A program made the position numbers and the translations under genes. Below, one piece after another: positions 41,798 to 55,540 of a stretch of 64,000 nt of DNA. The DNA is from the human T2T-CHM13v2.0 reference genome, Homo sapiens. Below the pieces are notes generated by a model. The model was not told where the DNA came from. It worked only from the letters and a program-made list of their open reading frames with translations, and did no database searches. The stretch is taken from the NCBI RefSeq assembly GCF_009914755.1, contig NC_060947.1. The stretch is one strand, 5' to 3'. Position 1 is the first letter of the stretch. Every line of letters begins with the position of its first letter.

Positions 41798-42804
41798 CAT
41801 ACACAAACTCTCTCTCTCTCTCTCTATTTTGCACAGACAGAATCATTACACAGACTCTTTTGCAATTTGCTTCTTTTCCATTTAACTCTTTACATCATAT
41901 CAGATCAGAGTGATTAACAGCAAAGGATGTCTGGGTTTAAACCCTGGCTATACCACTTACTGGCTGTGTGACCCGAGGCAGGATTTCTTAGTCTCTCTGT
42001 GCCTCAATTTTCTCATTTGTACAATGGGAATAATAACAGTACCTACCTTGTAGGGTTATTGGGAGGATTAAATCAGTCAATGCACATAAAGTACTTAGAA
42101 CACTGCCTGGCACATAGTAAGTACTTAATAAGTGTTAGATAGCTAGCTTTATCCATGTCAGCAATTAGGAAGTGAGGTCATTCATTGAGAATAAGGAGAG
42201 GAGAGTAGCAGAGGCTTGGAATAACACTAGGGGGAATGGGAGAGGGAGCAAATCAAGAGCAAGTAAAAGGATTGTTAAGCAGCGCTGAGAGCGAAAAATA
42301 AGGACTGCAGTGCCAACAGCCCACATTGTGTACTCTGCCCATGGCAGCGCTCAGCCCCCAGTTCTAGGGGTGGAGGAGGCAGACAATTGTAGAATTGAAT
42401 CAGAGTCTGGGAGTTGTAGGGCAAGTGGGACAGAAAGGGAGCTGAGAGTGCTATGGAAAAGTAGTTCAAGCTGTGGATGGACCATGGGTAAGGGATGTAG
42501 GTGCAGCTAGAAAGGGGCTGATGAACTGGGAAGAAACCAAAGGGTCAAGATTGCAGAGGTCTCCTTGAGACCAAAGAGAAGGTGTAGTGGGAGAGAGAAA
42601 GTTAGGAAACTGGAAGGGTAGGAGGTTGAGGTCACAGAGTAAGATGGTAGACGGTCTGGAAGAAGGCCACAGTTTGGAAAAAGGCCCTGGCTCAGAGGTG
42701 GAAAGAAGCTGGACACCAAGTGGAAGATATGAGTGAAGATAGTGAGGATGGGGGCAAGGCCTGGAAGCCTCTTCTGGTCTTGAAATAATTGTTCTTTCTT
42801 ATAG

Positions 42805-43026
42805 AGGCGACCCTTCTGGGGGGCCAAACCGCTGGCAGGCCCTGATCAGAAAGAGGCTGAGAGTCAGACGGTACCAGCATTAGAAGAGCTATTGGAGGAA
42901 GCTGCAGCCCTCAACCTTTCCATCATGTTCGACTTGCGCCGACCCCCACAGAACCACACATACTATGACACTTTTGTGATCCAGACATTGGAGACTGTGC
43001 TGAATGCAAGGGTGCCCCAAGCCATG
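42805..43026 (+). CDS. GDPD2: GDPD2 exon, RRPFWGAKPL...IMFDLRRPP...VPQAM
   Basis: ttcttatag| ... ATG|gtgatg, 222 nt. Confidence 0.94.
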
Positions 43027-43226
43027 GTGATGTTGCCAGGACCCCCTCTCCCCACCCTGCCTTCCCTAGGCCATGATGATGAGGATGATTTTGAGGCTGC
43101 CCCTACCCCCAGGGCCCTGCCCCAGCTCACATACCCCATTCTGTGGTCAAAACTGTTTGCCCCTGTCCCTGCCCTTGGAATCCCTAGGTCTTCCCCAGCT
43201 TCACACCCATCCTTCCTGAACCACAG

Positions 43227-43375
43227 GTCTTTTGGCTACCAGATGAAGATCGGGCTAATGTCCAACGACGGGCACCTGGAATGCGCCAGATATATGGACG
43301 TCAGGGAGGCAACAGAACGGAGAGGCCCCAGTTTCTTAACCTCCCCTATCAAGATCTGCCACTATTGGATATCAA
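43227..43375 (+). CDS. GDPD2: GDPD2 exon, VFWLPDEDRANV...LPLLDIK
   Basis: ccacag| ... CAA|gtgagt, 149 nt. Confidence 0.94.
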
Positions 43376-44099
43376 GTGAGTGCTAGAGGAAAGGAACCAA
43401 GGGGATCACATGAGGCTTAATGGCAGGGAAGAACCAGTTCAGGGAGAGCAAAGCCTCTTGATTCATTCACTCACACAAAAAGTATTTACAGAACACTTGC
43501 CATGTATCAGGTAGTATTGCAGGCTTTGGGGAAACAACACAGATAAGACAGACAAGGTTCCTGCTTTTGTGGAATACATGTACTACTGAAGAAAACAGAA
43601 TAAACCACTTAACAAAATACATGCATATTGAAAAGTGAAAAAGTGTTATGAAGACAAAACAGAGAGATGTAGAAGAGTGGTTAGGTTTGGGAGTGATGGG
43701 CTGGGGCAGGGAGGTGGGTGCACCCACATTAGGAAGGCTGGTTAAAGAGGTGATATCTAAGCTGAGACCTGAATGGTCACAGGGAGCTAACTATGAGCTG
43801 CAGAACAGGAACAGCAGTCTAATGAGCAAGGGGAAGGGGAAGCTAGAGAAGCAGGCAGGGGCCAAATTGGGTAGGACCTTGTAGGCCACGGGAAGGATTT
43901 TATTCCACAACAGACATCAGGGTAAGAGAGCGTGAATCAGGGAGAGTCCCAGATGTGAGCTGAGCCCCAGAAGCTGACCCAGCTGAACCATGACAGACTT
44001 CAAAGCATCTGGTTGCTAAAGCCTCTTATAAGGTCCTTGTGTTCAGATAGAAAAATGTGAACTGAATGATAGCCCAGTTATCATACATATTTCTTTTTT

Positions 44100-45500
44100 T
44101 AATTTGAATTTTAATTAAAAAAATTTTTTTTAGAGATAGAGTCTCACTCTGTCACCAAGCCTGTAGTGCAGTGGCCTGATCAGAGCTCACTGCAGCTTTG
44201 AACTCCTGGGCTCAAGTGATCCTGAGTAGCTAGGACTATAGGCACACACCACTATGCAAGGCTATTTTTTTTTTTTTTTTTTTAGAGACAGGTTCCTACT
44301 ACCTGCCCAGGCTGGTCTCAAACTACTGGCCTCAAGCAATCTTCCTGCCTCGGCCTCCCAAAGTGCTGGGATTACAGGCCTGAGCCACTGCCCCCCTCAG
44401 CCTCCCGGTTATAAGCATGAGCTATCTCACCTAGCTATGTAAGTATTTATTTCCCCGAGTTATCACCAAAGAGGAAGACATGACATAGGGTTTGGTTCTC
44501 ACCTTAGTCTTGTCCTGGTCAATATCAGCTGCTAATCAACTGCTGATCATGTTTCCAAAAGATGTGAATTGGTATTGAATACACTGATGATGGAATCGAG
44601 GCCCTGAAAGGTCTAGGTGCTGTAAAAAGATAGGCCAAATCTAGCAAGATGAAATGCACCAGGGATAGATGGAAAGACCTCTATTTGGGGCCCAAAAGAA
44701 TTTCAGTTGCACAAAGACCAGAGAGGAGACACTGGCATCAACAGGAACATGTGTGAAAAAGACCAGGGCTTTCATTGAACAGTATACCTAGTGAGTCATC
44801 AGTGGGATGTAACATTGCCGAAGGCTAACCTGACTCTGGGCTACCTGAATACAGGCATAGTGCCCAGAGGACAGGAGGAGATAGTTTTGCTCTATTCAAA
44901 GGTGACCCAAGCTGGCTGGGCATGGTGGCTCCCACCTGTAATCCCAGCACTTTGGGAGGCCAAGGCAGGAGGTTCACTTGAGCCTAGGAGTTCAAGACTA
45001 GCCTGGGCAACATAGCAAAACCCCGTCTCTATAAAATAAAATAAAATAAAAACCAGGTGAACATGGTGGTGCCCACCTATAGTCCCAGCTACACTGGAGG
45101 CTGAGCCTAGGAGGTCAAGCTGCAGTGAGCCAAGACTGCCACTGCACTCCAGAGCAAGATCCTGTCTCAAAAAAAAAAAGGCTGGTCCAAGCCCATCTGG
45201 GATATTATTTTCAGAGACGGGCCCCATATTTTCAAAGGAACATTGATAAATTGGAATATATCATATTAGAGAGGCTTGTACAGGGAAGGAAATGATAAGA
45301 GTAATGGCTGAAGGAGCTGGGGCTGTGGGGCCTAGAGAAGAGAAGGCTCAGGGAGACAGGGCCTCTGCTCAGGACCCAGGGGAGAGACACATTGTGTGGC
45401 CCCAGATAGCAAAGCTAGGACCCATGGGTGGAATCCACCAGAAGACAGAGTTCAGCTATGAAAGGAAAATCATTGTTGGTCAGGGGCTGCTATGGAAAGG
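44100..45500. mobile_element. Antisense Alu (44100-44395), CR1/L3 relic (~44560-45500) and sense Alu (44914-45179)
   Basis: CR1 ORF2-end-like peptide KANLTLG..NTGIV.R..E.IVLLYS...LVQAHLGY. Confidence 0.75.
44286..44438 (+). CDS. GDPD2: GDPD2 alternative (Alu-derived) cassette exon, [51 protein letters not shown]
   Basis: poly-T + tag| acceptor in an antisense Alu, TAT|gtaagt donor; 153 nt, phase 2-2, no stop; would give a 590-aa protein. Confidence 0.75.
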
Positions 45501-45618
45501 CAGAGCTGATACCTCCTTGGCAGTGGCACTGTAGATTCAAGCACAGGCAGGGGGCTGCCTCCCATGTCCTGTGCACCATGATTCTGGACATTCCCTATTT
45601 TCTTTCCCACCTTCACAG

Positions 45619-45766
45619 GGCATTGCATAAGGATAATGTCTCGGTGAACCTATTTGTAGTGAACAAGCCCTGGCTCTTCTCTCTGCTTTGGTGTGCAGGG
45701 GTGGATTCGGTCACCACCAACGACTGCCAGCTGCTGCAGCAGATGCGTTACCCTATCTGGCTTATT
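45619..45766 (+). CDS. GDPD2: GDPD2 exon, ALHKDNVSVNLFVVNKPWLFSLLWCAGVDSVTTND...PIWLI
   Basis: ttcacag| ... ATT|gtaagg, 148 nt; GVDSVTTN C-terminal GDPD motif. Confidence 0.95.
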
Positions 45767-45890
45767 GTAAGGGCTCTGGGACTGTCACCTCTCCTCTTCT
45801 CCCATCCCTGGTTTTCCTTAACCCTGTCCCTCTCTTCCTTACTTATTTCCCCTGACATTCTACCCTTGGGGCCTTTTCCTATTTTCACAG

Positions 45891-45973
45891 ACCCCTCAAA
45901 CCTACCTAATCATATGGGTCATTACCAATTGTGTTTCCACCATGCTGCTTTTGTGGACCTTCCTCCTCCAAAG
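45891..45973 (+). CDS. GDPD2: GDPD2 exon, TPQTYLIIWVITNCVSTMLLLWTFLLQR (last TM)
   Basis: ttcacag| ... AAG|gtgagt, 83 nt. Confidence 0.94.
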
Positions 45974-46223
45974 GTGAGTGCTTTGTGCCTCAGCTTTCTG
46001 GGTCCTTACTTTCTCCAGGGCCCTGGTGATGAGGCTGCTTCAGACTCACATATGCTGCCCAAGGCTTGGGGTCTCTTTAGTTCCTTTGAGATTCTTAGGC
46101 CCTTCCTTATACTATCAAATTGGCTTGAATGTAGGAAAGGCAGTTGGGGGGAGCAGGTGTGGGGGCTGGAAGGGCCTGCTTGAAGCTAGCTGAACTCATA
46201 ATGGGAAGCTTTTCTCCCCACAG

Positions 46224-46252
46224 GAGATTTGTTAAGAAGAGAGGGAAAACTG
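46224..46252 (+). CDS. GDPD2: GDPD2 29-nt exon, RFVKKRGKT
   Basis: ctccccacag| ... CTG|gtaaga; needed for frame and the 539-aa total. Confidence 0.9.
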
Positions 46253-46345
46253 GTAAGAACTTTCTCCCCTCACCTCATGTTTCTCCTCCTGTAGCTTTCC
46301 CCTTGCTTAACTCCCTAGATGACCCACCCTCCCCCTCCTCCCCAG

Positions 46346-46398
46346 GCTTAGAAACAGCAGTGCTGCTGACAAGGATCAACAATTTCATGATGGAGTGA
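46346..46398 (+). CDS. GDPD2: GDPD2 last coding exon, LETAVLLTRINNFMME*
   Basis: ctccccag| acceptor, TGA at 46396-46398. Confidence 0.93.
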
Positions 46399-46671
46399 AT
46401 GCCCTGCCCTGCTTCCCCACCCAAGCCAGTCTACATTGCCCAAACAGCAAGGGTTGGAGAGTGGCTTAAGTGGAATGCTTCAGGGGTGGTGGGTTGCAAG
46501 TGGGGGGAGCTTTGCCAACAGGAGGTTTTGAACCATGAGGGCCCTCTGCCCAGGTGATGGGCATTCCCTAAGCTGCTATGGAATCTGCTCCCTTTGGGGT
46601 TTTGACCTGAGATGTTTGGGAAGAGAGTGAGTAATGAGAAGTTTCTCCTCAAATGAAACTAGAACAGAGGA

Positions 46672-46677
46672 AGTAAA
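46672..46677 (+). terminator. Probable GDPD2 variant polyA signal AGTAAA
   Basis: Best hexamer seen in the 3'UTR, with GT-rich sequence ~30 nt downstream; no AATAAA seen. Confidence 0.55.
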
Positions 46678-47099
46678 AGGGAGATTGCTCGGATAATGTC
46701 TCAGACTTGTGTGCACGTGTTCTTGCATAGAAGGCACAGGGTGTGTCGGGGTGGGATAGCTTGGAAGAGGGACTGAAGGAGATAACGAAATGGTCTTTTC
46801 CGGAGAACTGTAAGATGATAGAGACACCATCGCCACTCCACGATGTACTGTCTTCCTCGACCCTTGCAGCTTAGCTGTTTTCCTGCCTAGAGGCTAGGAG
46901 CTGAAGAGCCCGTCTAGCCGTGTAATTCTGTGCTTACAGGTGGCTTTTTGCTGTGCGCAGCCTTTTCTTCAAGGCAGGTTGGTTCCTGTATCTTGTCTTA
47001 ATCTGTTACTCAACGAATGTAATCTCCATTTGGTCACAGCCTAATCTTTTCGGCCCAGGGGCTGGGGAAAGGAGGCACCTTCCATCTACGGTTGGATGG

Positions 47100-48280
47100 G
47101 ACACGACCTTGAGGGGCCATCATGGGGAGATGGGAGGAGGTGGGTTGGAGGTGGGAGGAGAATCACCTGCGGCAATGAAGGACTCGCGGGAGGCTCGCGG
47201 GAGGCCCGCAGGAGAGCAGCCACCTCGGGGGCGTCCGGAGGCCAGGCGCGCGGTGCAGGGTTGCACTGTAGCTCCACCTTGTGGCCGCCCCAAGAGGAGG
47301 GCCGCATCCGTCGTCGCCGTGACGTATTTGCTGAATGCCACCTGTTTTCCGTGCCGCTTGGGGACTCGTGTCCTTGACTCAGGACTCCGAGGGCAAGGTC
47401 CGATTTCCACAAGTTTTCGCTCCTCTGGGCTGCGCGCAGGGTCCAATTTCCGGCCCAGCCTTCCCTTGGAGGAGCAAGTTCCCCAATGTGTTTGCGGCTC
47501 GGGAGTCCCTGGGCTCCGCAGCTAAGGTGGCCAGTGCGGAGCTGACGGAGGATGAAGAGTCTAGTAGAAGAAGGGAGGGGCTAAGCCAAAAATGGGGACA
47601 AGAGGGGCTCTGTGGTGACCCCACAGTCTTCCGCCACACCCACATTCGACCTAGTTCGTATCTCCACACGGAGGGAAGTAGAACTAAGGAGTCGGCCAGG
47701 TAGGGAGGTCGGGTTCTCGGTTCCTCCTCTCTCGCCAGACTGGGACCTGGGGCAGCACTGGCATCCTCGGGACAAGACCCGCCCCCCACCCTCGGTTGCC
47801 GGGCAGCCGCGGGAACTACAATTCCCAGTGAGTCCCCGGCCATTTCCGGTATCTGGCTGGACGCAGGCGAGTTTGAATCCGTGTTCCCGCCCCCTTCTCC
47901 CGGGCCCACCCCTTTCCTTTCTGGCCGCCCCGCCCTCTCCGTGCGCATCCCTGCACACTCCGGCTCCGGCGGCCGGCCGCGCCCACGTACCTGACCTGCA
48001 GCTGGCGCGGTGGGCGGGGGTGCCAGCATGCGACGCACGGGGAGGCTGGAGGCGCGCGGAGAGCGAACGCCGCAATCCGGTCCTGGTCCTGGTCTTCCTG
48101 GGAGTCCACGCCGCTGTGTACCGGGCAGGTCTCTCCTACACTCTGCCTTTTCGAGCAGCATTTCCTTTTCCTGGTTCCCGATCCATCCCCTCTCTTTCAG
48201 GCTGGCTACCAGCCTTAGCTCTAGGGCCCCCAGTCTGCCCGGTACTGCCGGGCTGTCACCTCTCAGCACGTACCTCCTCC
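47100..48280. promoter_or_regulatory. Intergenic CpG island with promoter-type motifs (ZNF143/SBS, ETS-YY1, GC boxes, CRE-like site, CTCF)
   Basis: High GC and CpG density; ACTACAATTCCCAG 47815-47828; GCCATTTCCGGT 47839-47850; CCCGCCCC near 47778 and 47886; GTGACGTA near 47319. Confidence 0.8.
47269..47287 (-). promoter_or_regulatory. CTCF motif CGGCCACAAGGTGGAGCTA
   Basis: Close match to the CTCF core consensus (CCAC/GnAGG/ATGGC/AGCT). Confidence 0.7.
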
Positions 48281-49846
48281 CCCATCCCTACTTTTCTGTC
48301 CCTTCCCAATCGCCCAGTCTCTTCCTCCCCTCACCTCCCAACCTCACCCTGAAGACCTCCAGCAACTCCATCCCTGCAGCCCCAACCTCTCAGCTCTCAC
48401 ACTCTCAGCTGCGGCCCTCTAAACCCAGCGTCTGGCCCCCCAACCCAGCGCCAGCCTCTAACCCCTTTCTCCTAGCCCCTAGCCTTGGGTACGCAGCCTT
48501 GAGCCTGCCACCGGAAATCCTCACTCTCTTCCCAGGAGAACTGGACAGCTAAAGCGGTTTAACCTATAGGCCCTGGGCCCTGGGCTGGAGACTGACACTG
48601 ACAAAAACTTAAGGGCGGAGGACCCGGGGGAGCTGCTCATTGGGGTTCGGATGTAGTTGCTCTTCGTTATTTTTAGCTGCTGACTCACAGCTCCTGGCAT
48701 CCGGGTTTGGGGCTAGCAGGCTGGGCTAGGGGGCTATTAATAGAGCAGGAGCACAGCCCCGACCCAGTTCAGTTTGGAAACACAGAGAGCAAGAAGCGTC
48801 CCCTGCCACTATGCCCTGTGGAGATGTGGACTGAGCAGTGGCTGGGCCAGATGCTGTCTGGATGCTAGTTACCTCACCCTGGTATCTCTACCTTGGAACT
48901 CTTGAGGGAAACCCCACGAGGAGACTCCTGGGCACAGCTCTCCCCTAAGCTCGCCATGGCTTGGGGCTCTGCCACAATCAAGCTTCTGTTGTACTAGCCG
49001 AGAAGGCAGAGATGCGTCCCAAGTGGAAAGATTGTTTTGGTCATGGCCTTGGCCTGCCTGGACCCACTCCTGGGCCAGAATGCTAGGTTACTAGAAGGAA
49101 AAGCTATGGATTTCTGGTCCCCCACAGCCTTCATAAGGATGGAGTGCTTCAGCATGGTCCTAACACAGGGGGCACAGAGCTGGGGATCCCCAAACCAGAC
49201 ACAGAGCTCAGAAGCTGCCAGATTCTGTGCTTATCACACCCCCAACCCCGCCATTCTTTTTATTTCTTTCCATTTTGTTGAGCTCTGTCCCAACTCACAG
49301 GGATTTACAGACCTCATGATCTCTCCCTTGTCTGGAGAGAAACCGTATTCATGAAAGCCACTGCTTGTCCCCAATGAGGTATGAATGATCCTTTATATAT
49401 TGTCATTCCCATTGACCTTTTTATTTTAATGGGCTAACGTAAGAGTTTCCTAATGTATACATTGGGAATCGTGAGGAAATCTTGATGGACTGATCAAAAT
49501 TATTCCCACGCAAGCTCAATTTTCTAGAATTCCCATTGACTAAGGGTGCACACCCACAACAATGCTCCTCCCCTCCTTGCAAATCAGAAACTTCCACCTT
49601 CATCGACCCGAGTCTCCAGCCCCCAGATGAAACCACATTTGGGGCAAGAGTGATCGTTTCACCACGCACAATATGGAGGTCACTCAGTGAAGCTCTATTT
49701 TCAAGAATGAGCCCAGCTTATCAGACAGACAGCAGCAGACCGCGCGGTCCCAACCCCGTCTACTTGCTGAAGGAGCCGGAGTGGCGGTGGAAGGGGAGAT
49801 AAATGGTCTCTCTGCTTGAAAATCCGTTCCTGAAGTCCTCCATCGC

Positions 49847-49865
49847 CTGGTTGCCTAGCAACCAG
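49847..49865. promoter_or_regulatory. RFX X-box palindrome CTGGTTGC-CTA-GCAACCAG
   Basis: Contains GTTGCCTAGCAAC (GTNRCC-N-RGYAAC) with perfect 8-bp arms. Confidence 0.75.
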
Positions 49866-49893
49866 AGCTGCTTGCAGCGGTGTGGGGCGCTTT

Positions 49894-49912
49894 TGGTCCG
49901 TAGGGGGCGACT
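49894..49912 (+). promoter_or_regulatory. CTCF-like motif TGGTCCGTAGGGGGCGACT
   Basis: AGGGGGCG core match. Confidence 0.5.
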
Positions 49913-50589
49913 GTCTCCCTGGGGTCTCAGGCTGGAGCCCTAGCAGTTGGGAGGGAGGTTCCCTAGTTAAGTGTCACAGTGTCTCAGTGTGGCTGACCTC
50001 CTCCCAGCCTTGTCAACCCAGTCCGGTCTGAGCGGCAGGGAGCCTATGGAATGAGGAGAAGCCCACTATGAGTCTGAAGGGATTTTGCTCACAATCATTA
50101 AAAATGAAGAGAGAGAGGGTGGGAGGAAGGGAGGAAGGAACCTGTTAAAGGGGATAGGGCAAAAAAGGGGGTAAGGAAGGGGCCTGAGGAGGGTAGTTTG
50201 ACCCTCTCCATTCAGTCGAGGCTTATCAATGCTTATTTTTCAATCAGAGCAGTTCAGAGGTTGAAAGGAGTCTAGCAATCTCTATTGACAAACTGTTAAG
50301 CATATAAAAGACTAGGCTCCTGGGTTACCAGCCTAGCCTAGATTTGGTCATTAAGGAAGATATTCATTCATTCATATGACCATAATTAACACTAACTCAC
50401 TATGTACCACGTGGTGTGCTAAGTGTCCTACATTTAACCCTCACAAGAACACTGTGATTATTTCCTTTTCACAGATTACAATACCAAGTCTCAGAGAGGT
50501 TAAGTAATGTCCAGACTCACAAAAATAGTGACTGGATTGGGTCTGATTGAGCAATCACTGTGTGCCAAGTCTAGGAGTACAGAAAACAA

Positions 50590-51560
50590 TACATTTCTTT
50601 TTTCTGTCTAATGAACGCCCAGTCACCCTTTGGGACAAAACTGAAAATATCATCTGCTTTGTGAAACTTTTCTTAAGTCCCCTTCCCCCCAACAAGCAGA
50701 ACTGATAACTTGCTTTTCTGTACACCCTCCTGAAATACCACTTTTCACAGGTATGGTAATGATCTGCTTCCATATTTCCATTTCTTTCACTTTGAGCACC
50801 TTGGTGGCAGGGCCTGTGTTCATCTCCAATTGGACATCTAACAAACATCCCAAACTCAACATGTTCGTTTCTGAACAGCTGACCTTTTCCCCCAAAAATG
50901 ACCCCTCCTAAAACTGTCCTCATCTCAGTTGATGGCAATTTCACATTTCCAGTTGTCCTGGCAAAAAATCCTTGGAACCACACCTTGTATCCAATCTGTC
51001 AGCAAATCCTGTCAGCTCTCCCTTCCAAATACACCCAGAATCCAACCACTTATCATCTCTGGTGCTACCACACTGGTCCAAGGCACAACCACCTCTCAGC
51101 TGGATCACTTCAGCAGCTGCCTGACTAGTCTCACTGCTTCCACCCTCGCCCCTGTGGCCTATTCTCTGCAAAGAAGCTATACCAATCCTGCTAAACCCAA
51201 GTCACGTCATGCCAGTTCTCTGCACGAAACCCTCCAATGGCACTCCATCTCTCTGAGAGGAAAGCCAAAATCTTTTCAGTGGTCTACAAGGTCCTACACA
51301 ATCTAGTCCCTTATTCAATCTCTGATCTCGTCTCCTGGCGTTCTCCCCTCCCTTACTCTGTTAAAGCCACTTGATTCTCCTTGCTGTTCCTTGAGCAAGT
51401 CGGATGCACTCCTTACCAGGACCTTTGCACTCCTTACCAGGACCTTTGCACTGGCTTCCCCCTGCATGGCTCACTTCCTCACCTCCCTCAATTCTTTGCT
51501 GAAATGCCACGTTCTCAGTGAAGCCTACCCTGACCAACCTATTTAAGATTCCCTCTATTT
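50590..51560. mobile_element. L2 relic
   Basis: L2-typical catcccaaactcaacatg...ctcagttgatggcaatt...aaagccaaaatc sequence. Confidence 0.75.
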
Positions 51561-51590
51561 TAATTTCCAGTTTACAGTAAATACAGGGTA

Positions 51591-51949
51591 CAATAGTCCT
51601 CCTTTATCCATGGGGAATATGTTCCAAGACCCCCAGTGGATGCCTGAAACAGCAGATAGTACCAAACCCTATATATACTATATTTTTCTGAAGTGATAAC
51701 CAAGATGGCTACTAAGTGACTTATAGGTGGGTAGTGTATGCAGTGTGGATACACTGGACAAAGGGATGATTCACATCCTGGGCGGGATGGAGCAGGACAG
51801 CACAAGATTTCATTACATAACGGCATACTATTTAAAACTTATAAATTGTTTATTTCCGGAACTTTCCATTTAATATTTTCAGACTGCAGTTGACCATGGG
51901 TAACTGAAACTATGGCAAGTTAAAACCATGAATAAGAGGGAGAGTACTG
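51591..51949. mobile_element. MER44A-like Tigger MITE
   Basis: CAATAGTCCTCCTTTATCCA...ATAAGAGGGAGAGTACTG termini, TA flanks. Confidence 0.75.
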
Positions 51950-52049
51950 TATAAAGGAACGAGATAAATGACACCATGAGGAAAAAGACAAATCCAAAAC
52001 AATTGACTGGCACTCTTCAAAAACTCGATGTAGTTAATTTTTTAAAAAA

Positions 52050-55265
<3,216 letters not shown>

Positions 55266-55540
55266 TCATTTTTAAAACTGTTGGAGAGGATATGTGGAGG
55301 ATAGATATATGATAAAGCAAGCATAGCAAAATGTTAATGAGAATCCTAGGCAGTGGGTAATTGGATGTTCACTGTAAAATTCTTTGAATTTTTCTGTATG
55401 TTTGAAAACTTTCATATTAAACTGTGGGGGCAAAAAACTTGAAAAAAAAATCACAACTTGGTATCCTCCCCTACCATTCCCAATCCATCTTACTGTGCTC
55501 TACTTTTTATTTTTTTCCATGGCACTTATCACCATATACA

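Larger units (their letters stand above)
36540..46700 (+). other. GDPD2: GDPD2 (GDE3) gene, glycerophosphoinositol inositolphosphodiesterase, multi-pass membrane protein
   Basis: 15 coding exons sum to 1620 nt = 539 aa + stop; hydrophobic TM exons, GDPD signature GHRG...PENT...ETDV...HD; putative non-coding first exon ending at AAG|gtgtga 36702 (TSS approximate). Confidence 0.95.

Noticed and set aside
45428-46183. 251-aa ORF in GDPD2
   Set aside because: It is a real exon plus read-through of flanking introns; the spliced model already gives the 539-aa protein.
47379-48552. Long overlapping ORFs (296, 246, 180, 164 aa) in the intergenic CpG island
   Set aside because: Open frames on both strands with P/G/R/A-rich composition are expected in GC-rich DNA; no recognisable domain, and those I checked begin at non-ATG codons.
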